IMG/VR virus record: IMGVR_UViG_3300029267_004162
Coordinates: 62,001 to 126,000 of that record
DNA length: 64,000 nt
Direction: 5' to 3' (one strand)
How positions within the stretch are numbered: position 1 is the first letter of the stretch; every line of letters begins with the position of its first letter. Of the stretch, positions 36,813 to 45,718 are shown piece after piece. Made by a program: the position numbers and the translations under genes. The notes beneath the pieces are model-generated. The model worked only from the letters and a program-made list of their open reading frames with translations, was not told where the DNA came from and did not search any database.

Positions 36813-38560
36813 ATTTTCTTGGCTTTTTGCTGCAGAGTCTTCTGTACCTTGGCATTCCCTTTTCCTCTACCGGTTCGTCCCCTCTTTTTCTCCACTTCTC
36901 TTTTAGAGAATTTGTGTTTAGTGGATAATTTACCAGTTGCAGTGGCCCGCAAATCCTGGATGTATGCCAAATAGCCCTTGTTATTTTTAACCTCTTTCCA
37001 CCAATTTTGGACTAACGGAGGAAACTGACCTAAAACTGCCGGGTCATCCATATTCATATAGAGAGGCATCAATTCTAAATTACTTCCCTCCCTAACCCCC
37101 GTCATCACTGGGTCTCCATCTTCATCCATTAAGTCCCGATCTTCACTAAACACGATATCAGGTTTTAAACTAGACTTCTTTCGAGTTTCAGCGTAATACA
37201 AACTACGAAATTCCTGAAAACCCGCATCCACCCCATATTCGATGGTGTGTTCTACATAAGCCACTAATTTGGCTGAACTAGTCCCGAAAGTCTTTTTGAC
37301 CCATTGATAATAATCTTCATAATCACTTTTTTTGGCCGTCTCATGAAGTAAGTTAGTGAAATTATTTAATGCCCAGATGTTATGAATAGCTAAATACGGA
37401 CCAATTTTAGTATTCTCGCTCCAGAAGGGGTCCATAAATCCAAGAGAGGAACAAACAGGACAAGCACATGTGGTTGGCAACCGACCCATGTGAGCAAAAT
37501 CATTCAGCGGAACTCCGTGGTTGTTTTTCTTGGTTTTTCCGTCTAGATGAAATTCAGTTCCAATCCGATCCGTTGAAATATATCCAGAGGGGTGTTGGAT
37601 GAGTATTTTACGGTGACCTACCCCTAGAAACTGACTGCTGGAATCGCAAGTAACCCGAATTTCCATTCGTTTAGCGAACCACGCCATAGCAGGCATAATC
37701 TTGATTCCCGATACTCCCAGGACATGGACCCATTTGGCCTCTCTTTCTGTTGCTACCAAAAGGGCTCCTCTTAGGGCGGAAGCAAAATCTTGAGAATCCC
37801 CAGAACCTGCACTAGCCCACCCAAAGAATTGTGGGCGATCAACCACATCAATCCATCGCCTTTGATCATCTGGGGTACAACTATGCACGATGTTAAAGAC
37901 CTTTAGATCAGGTCTCATGTTAGCAGTGTAACAATCAGCGAATTGCGATTGTAAATGAGAGAGGGTAGAAAAAATATCTTTTTGTCCAAAATCAGTTCCC
38001 TCTCGGGGAGGCGCGTCCAAAATCAAAGCATAGTCAGAGGTTTGGTTTTGCCATTCAATAACTGCCTTCGGATCAAGATAATCAACTGTTCTAACTCGAA
38101 GTTGATACCCTCCGGAATCCGTCATATGCACCAGGCCTGATGTCTTAGCCCAGTTGGTTCTCTGGTTTTTTCTAATTCCATATGCAGCAGAACTAAGAAT
38201 GATCCCGACTTGCCTGTTAATAGATCCTTCTTCACAGAAAGGGTCTAATTCATGAACTACGTCAAAATCCCGTGGGTCAAACGGAGCCATGGAAGGGTAA
38301 GAAACAGAACTCCGACCAAAATTGTTTAAGAACACGGTGCGATCGGGAAGATCGTATATTTGAATTTGGTTGTTTAGTTTATGATAACCCACTCCGAACC
38401 GAGAAACATGATCTATTTGTTTCTTAAACCGTACTCCAATAGACGGGTGAAAGGAAACTTCCGCTCCAGCCATGATCCAAGTAAGTCCACCCGGATCGGC
38501 GTCAGTGCCAAAAGTCCCTAGGATTTCGTCTCGTCGAGAAGTCAAAATTACTGCCTGCAT
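36692..38560 (-). CDS. TGT/DpdA-like 7-deazaguanine transglycosylase
   Basis: HMTDSGGYQ, ILDAPP, WVHVLGVSG, VTCDSSS and zinc site CACPVC...HN; N- and C-terminal extensions. Confidence 0.85.
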   Translation of the reverse strand: MQAVILTSRRDEILGTFGTDADPGGLTWIMAGAEVSFHPSIGVRFKKQIDHVSRFGVGYHKLNNQIQIYDLPDRTVFLNNFGRSSVSYPSMAPFDPRDFDVVHELDPFCEEGSINRQVGIILSSAAYGIRKNQRTNWAKTSGLVHMTDSGGYQLRVRTVDYLDPKAVIEWQNQTSDYALILDAPPREGTDFGQKDIFSTLSHLQSQFADCYTANMRPDLKVFNIVHSCTPDDQRRWIDVVDRPQFFGWASAGSGDSQDFASALRGALLVATEREAKWVHVLGVSGIKIMPAMAWFAKRMEIRVTCDSSSQFLGVGHRKILIQHPSGYISTDRIGTEFHLDGKTKKNNHGVPLNDFAHMGRLPTTCACPVCSSLGFMDPFWSENTKIGPYLAIHNIWALNNFTNLLHETAKKSDYEDYYQWVKKTFGTSSAKLVAYVEHTIEYGVDAGFQEFRSLYYAETRKKSSLKPDIVFSEDRDLMDEDGDPVMTGVREGSNLELMPLYMNMDDPAVLGQFPPLVQNWWKEVKNNKGYLAYIQDLRATATGKLSTKHKFSKREVEKKRGRTGRGKGNAKVQKTLQQKAKKIWLKQAEKQRIKEQQKCMKKPALTEPVRAVPPLKVKSPEI

Positions 38561-38571
38561 TGGTTCTTGCT

Positions 38572-39189
38572 TCAGCGACCAGAGTTAACCAGATCAATTC
38601 TAGATGATCCGGCCAGAGCACCGGTCTCCACAAGCGTAAATTCCCGAGCGGCCCTCGGTATACAAAGATTGTGTGCCGCATTACCATCGCGATCCAAGAC
38701 CGCGTGGCAATTGGGGCACGTCCATTTCCTCATACATAACGATAAAGAATCAACTTTAAACCCACAGTGATGACAAATCTTACTGGAGGGGTAAAACCGA
38801 TCCCGAACTACGAGAGATGATCCAGAGGCTTCGCATTTGTAAATTAATTGCCTGCGGAATTCACTCCAAGAGGCATCACTGATATGGCGGGCTAGAGCGT
38901 GGTTTTTGATCATGCCGGCCACGTTTAGGTCCTCGATGCAAATCTCTTGGAACATGTTGGACAACTGAGTAATCAGTTTGTGCAGGAAGTCTTGGCGGTG
39001 ATTGGTGATTCGCCAGTGATGACGAGCCAGTGTCGCTGCTGATTTCCTTCTGTTGTTAGAACCTTTTTGTTTACGGCTATGACGGCGAGACAACTTACGA
39101 AGTTTAGTCAAACCCTTGCCTAAAGCTTTGATGGGTTTCTTCTTGATGAACCTCCGAAAAGATGGGGTCGGAAAGTCTCTCGTTTACAT
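38572..39189 (-). mobile_element. tnpB: Truncated TnpB (IS200/IS605/IS607 OrfB) remnant
   Basis: SRKQKGSNNRRK, ICIEDLNVAGM, FYPSSKICHHCG, WTCPNCHAVLDRDGNAA; RuvC-I and N-terminal domains missing; in-frame ATG-TAA at 39189-39184. Confidence 0.85.
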
Positions 39190-39222
39190 TTGAACCCTCC
39201 TCGGCTAATTCTGGCACCCCAT

Positions 39223-40485
39223 TTACGCAACCACGCCTTGGCACATTACTGATTTGATTGGATTCCAGTCAGCCCCAACATCCGTCAGGTAGTACACTCC
39301 CGCTCCTTCAATCTTTGTTGTACATTCATACAAATTTTTAACGGATTCAGGGATGTCCTGACCAAAAGCTGTTACAAGGCAAATATCTTCGGAGGCTTCG
39401 GATGCCAAGAAATGGCCGTTTTTTGTTATCCCGGCGGTATTGGAAATTGCCCATTTATTTGTATCTTGGGGTGGAGTGCTCACTAAATATTGTAAGGCTG
39501 GGATACCATTTTTGATCAAAACCGAAGCAAAATACTTCGAGCGAACCGGGAATTCCTTCATGCCCTCCCATAACCCAAAGAGCAATTCAGTATAACTAAA
39601 AGCGCAAGCCGCCACCTGGGCTTCAGTAGGATGTGGCATACGGGTAGTGTATTCTAAGAAATACATTTCCCCATCCGGAGTAACCATACAGTTGATATCG
39701 AAAAACCCTACGTGTCCTCTTATTTTGACCTCATGTGCTCGCATGAGATCGCCAATCGGAAAGGACAGTTGATCCAATTCCGTCCAGGTCATAAATTGAC
39801 CACAAGATCCTGATTCCCCAGTCATCTCAGTGGACCTGATCTGTTTAGGGTACCGTCGCTTGTATTCTTGAATCATGGTAAAAGGTTGTAGGAATTTGCC
39901 CTCTGCCCCCATGAACCCACCGAATCCAACTTCTTCACCTTCTATAAACTCTTGGTATACGGCACCCTGAAAATTAGTGGTCTTCAAAAACAAATCGCGT
40001 TTGTACAGCACCATTGTTCGGATAGAATTGCCCGGAAATCGTTGCTTAACCACATACTGATTTTCATCGAACTTAACCACTACTTTATCACCAGGAAACA
40101 TTTGTGCTTTATCTGGATCAGTAGTCGTCCGAGGAATTTTTATCCAGGGAGCCAACTTTTTGATAAACATAGCAGCAAACCCACGATCTAGTTCTAGTCT
40201 AGCACCAAGATCAACTGCTCGAATTTGCTGAGCTTCCCCCAGATTTGAAAAATGGTCTACGTAAAAAATCAAATCCGAAGGTCGGGAAATCTCTTTTACG
40301 CCCTCCCCCAACTGCCGCCAAGTCGAATACCACCGGATAGACATTCCAGGAGGTAAAACTTTTTCTTCGTCTGGGGGTTCGGGGGCCACTACATGAAAAA
40401 ACACCTCCACCGTGTCTTTAATCAAAGCAATAGCCAAAGCAAAGGGACACCAGTCCCCCACGAAATGAACTCTCCGAGTAGTCAT
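39223..40485 (-). CDS. PurD-like ATP-grasp amine ligase
   Basis: LELDRGFA, VVVKFD, QEFIEGEEVG, QEYKR, TGESG, GFFDINCM, YFLEYTTRMPHPT: divergent GAR-synthetase pattern. Confidence 0.8.
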   Translation of the reverse strand: MTTRRVHFVGDWCPFALAIALIKDTVEVFFHVVAPEPPDEEKVLPPGMSIRWYSTWRQLGEGVKEISRPSDLIFYVDHFSNLGEAQQIRAVDLGARLELDRGFAAMFIKKLAPWIKIPRTTTDPDKAQMFPGDKVVVKFDENQYVVKQRFPGNSIRTMVLYKRDLFLKTTNFQGAVYQEFIEGEEVGFGGFMGAEGKFLQPFTMIQEYKRRYPKQIRSTEMTGESGSCGQFMTWTELDQLSFPIGDLMRAHEVKIRGHVGFFDINCMVTPDGEMYFLEYTTRMPHPTEAQVAACAFSYTELLFGLWEGMKEFPVRSKYFASVLIKNGIPALQYLVSTPPQDTNKWAISNTAGITKNGHFLASEASEDICLVTAFGQDIPESVKNLYECTTKIEGAGVYYLTDVGADWNPIKSVMCQGVVA

Positions 40486-41216
40486 ACCAATTCCTTTGGT
40501 TTAACATCATACTCAGTTGAATCCTGGCCTTCAGCAGTCATAAAAGCCCAGTGCCTACCTCGACAAGCAAAACAACCACCACAATGATCTGATTTGCTAT
40601 TTTGAAAACAAGACACCGTCGTTTCCAATGGAGCCCCCAATGCTCTACCCAAACGAACAACTGCGGCTTTGTCTAGCCCAGCTAACGCATCGATCATTCC
40701 AAAATGGACTGCTGTTCCAGGGTGATTTTCGTGATAAGGTGTAAAATCGTTGTACAAAGAGCCGATTTCTCCACGGAATTCACTAGAATCCATAGTATCA
40801 AACACACCCCCAAGAAATTCATTCGTAAAATCTTTAGTGGCCGGGTCATTCATTCCAGAACCCCCAGTATCAGCATCCATCTCGCCAGTGTATACTTTTT
40901 CCACACCTATCTTTTCAGCCATCGCCAAAGCAAGGGAGTATTGAAATAACTTGAACCCAGGAATGTAATTACTTCCTGGAATTTGCAACTTGTCCAAAAC
41001 ATCCCGCATATCCACACGAGTCAATTTAAGACCAAGAAGACATGCAATTCTATTCTGCGATTCAACGACCTTTTCTTGTCCCCATAAATTCAGCGATAAC
41101 AATAGGGGGTAGGCCCCGGCTTTCTGGAGCATAGCAGCTACCACAGTGGAATCCAAACCGCCGCTAAAAAGTACCAGAGATTTGTAAACTTGCGTATGTG
41201 TATGCGTGTGGGTCAA
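40482..41216 (-). CDS. Divergent QueC paralogue (PP-loop ATPase)
   Basis: SGGLDS and SCF...HCGGCFAC retained; canonical VPxRN replaced by IPGFK and YPDCR absent. Confidence 0.8.
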   Translation of the reverse strand: MTHTHTHTQVYKSLVLFSGGLDSTVVAAMLQKAGAYPLLLSLNLWGQEKVVESQNRIACLLGLKLTRVDMRDVLDKLQIPGSNYIPGFKLFQYSLALAMAEKIGVEKVYTGEMDADTGGSGMNDPATKDFTNEFLGGVFDTMDSSEFRGEIGSLYNDFTPYHENHPGTAVHFGMIDALAGLDKAAVVRLGRALGAPLETTVSCFQNSKSDHCGGCFACRGRHWAFMTAEGQDSTEYDVKPKELV

Positions 41217-41932
41217 ACGAGAGCCTCCGGAGTATCTTTACTCTTCTTAACCATAGCGATGAAATGCAAACAGCATTCTATTTGATTACGGGGAAACCCC
41301 AAGTGTTCAACACAATACCGAATTACTTGATCGGAATCTAAAGATTTAGTGTGCGTCCCAGCGCGACCCATGATGGTAAGTTTACCTCCACGAGTACCAG
41401 CCACCAACTGCTCCATGGATTCCTTCACAAGTCTCCTGGTGAAAATAAACCGGGAAGTGATGTGTTCTTGGGTTAGACAATAGGCCAGTTGTTTTCCATA
41501 CACTTCAGCATCAAAAGAATCGGCGTGAAATTTGTACAGGGTTTGGGGTGTAGTCGCAACACCCTGACGAATAACAGCACCATTGCATAGGGAAGCCCTC
41601 CCCGGAATAGAATAATCTTGTTCGACGCCCCAAAGATCAAAAGCAAGGAACATAAAAGAGGGGTCGATAATCCAGCGGTGGTCCACCAGCAAAATTGAGT
41701 GGGTCAATTGCCCCTTCACTTCCACAACTACTAGTTGGCCTTGTCCCAACAGTTGTTGTGCCTGTCGGGCTAAGTGAAAGCAGTTTCCTGATTTGGCCCC
41801 GTAGGCCAAATCTTTTTGAGGATAATCCGGGGTGCCTCTTCCCTTGGCAAGAGCCGTGATCTTAGAGATGGTCTCAAATAACCAGGTTTGAGGATTCAGT
41901 TTTTCTACGGCCTGTTGCAAAAAAGAAGTCAT
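41213..41932 (-). CDS. Arylamine N-acetyltransferase / transglutaminase-like Cys-His-Asp protein
   Basis: SGNCFHL...THSILLVD...WIIDPSF triad spacing like the NAT family. Confidence 0.6.
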   Translation of the reverse strand: MTSFLQQAVEKLNPQTWLFETISKITALAKGRGTPDYPQKDLAYGAKSGNCFHLARQAQQLLGQGQLVVVEVKGQLTHSILLVDHRWIIDPSFMFLAFDLWGVEQDYSIPGRASLCNGAVIRQGVATTPQTLYKFHADSFDAEVYGKQLAYCLTQEHITSRFIFTRRLVKESMEQLVAGTRGGKLTIMGRAGTHTKSLDSDQVIRYCVEHLGFPRNQIECCLHFIAMVKKSKDTPEALV

Positions 41933-41936
41933 GGTA

Positions 41937-42398
41937 TCACCTCAAATGAGGTTCGAGGGTGGGGAAAGTACCAAATCTATCTGATGCCCATTGTGCCCAC
42001 TCCTCACTGTGTCTCTGTGCGAATGGTTGGATGGCTATGCCCCCACGAGAATTAAAACACCCAATTACTTCAACATACTTGGGGGTCAACAAACTCATCA
42101 AATCTTCGACTATGACGTTGACAACTGCTTCGTGGAAAGCTCCATGATTTCTAAAACTGCCCAGGTAAAGCTTCAGAGCTTTGCTCTCGACTAAACGCTC
42201 CTGAGGAACATAATTGATGTAGATCGTACCCCAATCAGGTTGACTGGTGACGGGACAAATACTGGAGAATTCTGAACAGATCAAGCGAATCCAAAATACC
42301 GACTCCCGTGATGGGCTGGGTACATGTTCTAGAAGTTCAGGATTGTACTGTTGAGTCTGGGAACCAAATCCGGAATTACCTGAGCCTAAATGATTCAT
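41937..42398 (-). CDS. queF: NADPH-dependent preQ0 reductase (type I QueF)
   Basis: EFSSICPVTSQPD, QueF motif ESKALKLY, FHE, FNSRGGI. Confidence 0.93.
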   Translation of the reverse strand: MNHLGSGNSGFGSQTQQYNPELLEHVPSPSRESVFWIRLICSEFSSICPVTSQPDWGTIYINYVPQERLVESKALKLYLGSFRNHGAFHEAVVNVIVEDLMSLLTPKYVEVIGCFNSRGGIAIQPFAQRHSEEWAQWASDRFGTFPTLEPHLR

Positions 42399-42717
42399 TA
42401 TCTTCTGCCAACCTTTCCACTAAACTAGCGACTCGTTTGCAAATCCATTGAATATCATGATCAGTTAACTGCGATGGATCAGCTCGACCCAGTAAAAGCA
42501 GTTTTTGAAGTCGCTGCCATATAGCTTTATGAACAGCGGACTCAACGTGTTCTGAAAGCAGACGGATACTACCGGCTTCCCCCGGAACCATGTCATTACA
42601 GGTGAATAGGCAGTCCTTGTACAGACACCCGTAGTATTCACCACGTGGATTCCATGCGAAATGATCCCGGTTACAAATTGGACAACTAACAGCGGTCATT
42701 TCAGTCCTGATTGACAA
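42376..42717 (-). CDS. Small zinc-ribbon protein
   Basis: CPIC...YYGCLYKDC. Confidence 0.55.
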   Translation of the reverse strand: MSIRTEMTAVSCPICNRDHFAWNPRGEYYGCLYKDCLFTCNDMVPGEAGSIRLLSEHVESAVHKAIWQRLQKLLLLGRADPSQLTDHDIQWICKRVASLVERLAEDNESFRLR

Positions 42718-42750
42718 GAGGGATTGTTGTGATACATCAACTTCCTTTTA

Positions 42751-43539
42751 CTAACGATTAGGACACAAAATCAGACCACTGCGAATCTCCAGTTCTTCCA
42801 GCGTAACAGTGTAGTTCTGAAAGTTGGCCTTGCGAGGTGTATCCTGGGGCAAAAGATAAGCTGTCGGAGTTTCCCCTCTGATCATCACGATTTTCCAAAA
42901 AGCGGAGGGAACACAGTGGGGTTCATCTGCTCCAGGTAATTGAGGCATGCTATCGTCTTCGAATAGTGGGCCGGTGAGAATCCAGGTTTCCCCATGTTCC
43001 CATGTCAGTTCTCGCACGTAGATTTCCAATCCTAGCCAAGTTCCCTGATTGAGACCAGGATACTGAGGTGCGATGTTGCTCAGATAGTTTACTTGAGAAG
43101 CATCTTTGGACCCCCGGAAAGAAGCCAATGGAGCTAGGTGACCCCGATCAAAATCACTGGCTCCCTTGTAGTCGGCTGGTTCCAAAGTTTCAGCCGGATC
43201 CAATAGAGGATCACTTCTCCACACCCGAGCTAAATCCAGTGTTCCTCTTGTTTTACTGGGGGTTAAGTGATAAGCCACCCAGTCTGCTAGCTTGGTTTCG
43301 ATGTTAGCACTAAGGGCGTAAGATTCACGCACAACAATGACATTGGTTTCGGGGGTGCCGATTGGACAACCAAAAAGGAAATGTTCACATCGAATCTGAC
43401 CGGTGGGGAAGGGGATGGGAGCAACAGCCATTAAAGGCTTGGGGGTAGAAACGGTGAGCGTCAAGAATGCCCGGATGAGGATGATGAGACAAATCGAGCA
43501 CACAATCCACGTACAAGTCCGACGGGGTTTAGTCGACAT
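42751..43539 (-). CDS. DNA/RNA non-specific endonuclease (NucA/EndA family) with N-terminal membrane anchor
   Basis: ADWVAY, FDRGHLAP, NYLSNIAPQ..LNQGTW..LE, VPSAFWK; start moved to MSTKPRR. Confidence 0.9.
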   Translation of the reverse strand: MSTKPRRTCTWIVCSICLIILIRAFLTLTVSTPKPLMAVAPIPFPTGQIRCEHFLFGCPIGTPETNVIVVRESYALSANIETKLADWVAYHLTPSKTRGTLDLARVWRSDPLLDPAETLEPADYKGASDFDRGHLAPLASFRGSKDASQVNYLSNIAPQYPGLNQGTWLGLEIYVRELTWEHGETWILTGPLFEDDSMPQLPGADEPHCVPSAFWKIVMIRGETPTAYLLPQDTPRKANFQNYTVTLEELEIRSGLILCPNR

Positions 43540-44068
43540 GAAGTTTCTCCCAACCGGTTTCTGGATAGTACACGCGATTGCCATCAAAAATGTAAATTAG
43601 CATATAGTCGTCCCCCAAGTTGCTATTGGTGAAACATCTGTGTCCGCCTTCATAAATCAACAGGTAATTCCCACCGCCAATCCACATCCAGCTATCAGTC
43701 ACGAAATTCCACAGATACAGTTCTTTGCTAAACCACGTGTAATAGCTGTATTTCTTGCATTTTTTATAACCCGGCGGTATTACATATACTGAATCATCCC
43801 TGGTCACTTCTAAAACTGGAGTCGTTTCTATCTTTTGACACTTCCTCATTTTCAGACACTGTTTACAGGTAACGCGCTGCCAATGGGGGCTGGTACGACT
43901 CTCACTTGCCCAAAACTCCAACCCACATACCGCAAAATCATACGAGCCATAATTAACTACCCTCCCGCCTTGATATCCTCGGTCTCTACGTTTCCGCTTA
44001 TGTATAATCTTTCGCTTCTCTAAAGGCTGCGGGCTACTTACCGTCATCTCATTTCCTAACCGGGCCAT
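43529..44068 (-). CDS. Hypothetical protein
   Basis: ORF track; VTCKQC. Confidence 0.5.
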   Translation of the reverse strand: MARLGNEMTVSSPQPLEKRKIIHKRKRRDRGYQGGRVVNYGSYDFAVCGLEFWASESRTSPHWQRVTCKQCLKMRKCQKIETTPVLEVTRDDSVYVIPPGYKKCKKYSYYTWFSKELYLWNFVTDSWMWIGGGNYLLIYEGGHRCFTNSNLGDDYMLIYIFDGNRVYYPETGWEKLHVD

Positions 44069-44717
44069 AGACGGTAGGATCGGTTACCTCGGCTAACCGA
44101 AATGCCTCTCGTCGTTCCACACAGGTTCCACATTTACCGCAATGAGTGACTTGTCCTTTGTAGCATGACCATGTCTCCCCGAAGGGCACGTGTAATTCAT
44201 GACCGAGACGGCATATCCTGGTTTTATCATACCGAAGAAAGGGAGTCCAAATAGGTACCGGATAATAATGACACACATCAGCGATCTGAGACAAGGCTAT
44301 CACAAAGGCTGGTCTACAGTCTGGGTAGATGGAGTGATCCCCAGCGTGAGCAGCATAAGCCACGGCGTCATATTTCTCATTGATGCAACACCCAATAGCG
44401 ATCGATAACATGATCATATTACGATTGGGAACTACCGTGGTCTGCATATTCTTGTCAGCATAATGCCCCTCCGGCACCACCGTTGCTGAATCCATCAAAG
44501 CGTTATCGCCCAAGAGTTGACCCACGGAACGTAAGTCTAAGATATGATGGGGACACTTATACTCGATTGCCAAAGCGGCTGCGGCTTCGATCTCCCGTCG
44601 TCCGTGTTTCTGACCGTAATTGAAGGTCAAACACTGACAAGTATGGCCTTGTGCCAATAAACTGGCCAGAAGTACAGTAGAATCCATCCCACCGGATAGG
44701 GATACAATCACTTTCAC
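44049..44717 (-). CDS. queC: 7-cyano-7-deazaguanine (preQ0) synthase
   Basis: SGGMDS, YGQKH, VVPNRN, YPDCR, TWSCY...HCGKCGTC; GTG start at 44717 with GGAGG SD. Confidence 0.95.
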   Translation of the reverse strand: MKVIVSLSGGMDSTVLLASLLAQGHTCQCLTFNYGQKHGRREIEAAAALAIEYKCPHHILDLRSVGQLLGDNALMDSATVVPEGHYADKNMQTTVVPNRNMIMLSIAIGCCINEKYDAVAYAAHAGDHSIYPDCRPAFVIALSQIADVCHYYPVPIWTPFLRYDKTRICRLGHELHVPFGETWSCYKGQVTHCGKCGTCVERREAFRLAEVTDPTVYGPVRK

Positions 44718-45658
44718 TGGGGTGCCTCCGCCAACATCGGAATTTCCGAGGACACGGCTCGAAGAATATCGCGTTTGTATTCCCCTGCCACATCGGGAGT
44801 CCCCAGGGACAAAGATTTGCACTGCTTTTCATAAGCGGTTTGCATCAGAAACAGGATCATCAACGTTATGGGATCAAACTTCTTAAATCCAGGTAGGGAC
44901 CATACTTCTACCAGACGTAGTTGGTCCGTCTCCTGGAAATATAAGATCAACCCCAGTGGTTTGCCCTCGAATTCGAGTACCAGAGCCTCTGCGTGAATTC
45001 CGGCCAGAATCAAATAGTCCCAACGTGATTTGTTGGTCGTCGCCCATTTGGTAAGAGGGGTCTCTTTTAGAGGCGAAGTAAGATGTTGCAATTCCCCAAA
45101 CCAAAAATCTGGGGTCTTTGGCTGACTTACCACCTTGGGGCTAAACTTTCGCCAGGTCGTTCGAGTATAACGACAATCAGTACCTTTCAAGTGGCTCTCA
45201 AAATCAGAAGCGGCAAGAGGTAAAATCAATTCTGTCTGAGTCGGAATCCCCTCCCCATACAGCAGCTTGATCAGAGATTCAAAATCGGGGCCACTTAAAG
45301 CCAGGAGGTTTCTAGTCAAGCCGAGGTTGTTCAAAGGAAAGACTAGCAGTGGAGTGTAGCCATCATCCTTCATCTCTGATACACGAACAATGCCACTCTG
45401 CTCCCGTTTAGCAATTAGATGAAGGATACCGGGTGGAACATCCAAATTAATAGGGTTTAGGCCCTGAATTCCCCTCATTAAAACATCAGACCATTCTTGG
45501 TGGTGTTCAACCAAAAAACACCGGCCATCACGTTCTACTCGTGTACCTAGCTGGGGACGAGGGGGTTTATCCCGTTTAACAACCAATCGTTTAGATCGTG
45601 TTTTCTTCTTAACGGCTGGTTTTGATGGTAATGACGACGACGTCATGTTATCTCTCAA
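44714..45658 (-). CDS. GNAT/Fem-like acyltransferase-domain protein
   Basis: C-terminal LVLEFEGKPLGLILY...LMILFLMQTAYEKQCKSLSLG...EYKR; GTGA-coupled to queC. Confidence 0.55.
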   Translation of the reverse strand: MRDNMTSSSLPSKPAVKKKTRSKRLVVKRDKPPRPQLGTRVERDGRCFLVEHHQEWSDVLMRGIQGLNPINLDVPPGILHLIAKREQSGIVRVSEMKDDGYTPLLVFPLNNLGLTRNLLALSGPDFESLIKLLYGEGIPTQTELILPLAASDFESHLKGTDCRYTRTTWRKFSPKVVSQPKTPDFWFGELQHLTSPLKETPLTKWATTNKSRWDYLILAGIHAEALVLEFEGKPLGLILYFQETDQLRLVEVWSLPGFKKFDPITLMILFLMQTAYEKQCKSLSLGTPDVAGEYKRDILRAVSSEIPMLAEAPQ

Positions 45659-45718
45659 TATGGAGGTGTGGAGCAGAGCAGAGATAAGGGATTTCCCTAC
45701 CCTGCCCCACGGAGCGGG

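Noticed and set aside
39223-40485. Ordinary purD auxiliary metabolic gene
   Set aside because: Substrate-binding motifs are altered and the context is deazaguanine genes; symbol withheld
42711-42738. Plus-strand TTGACAAGAGGG resembling the two promoters
   Set aside because: No acceptable -10 hexamer at 16-18 bp
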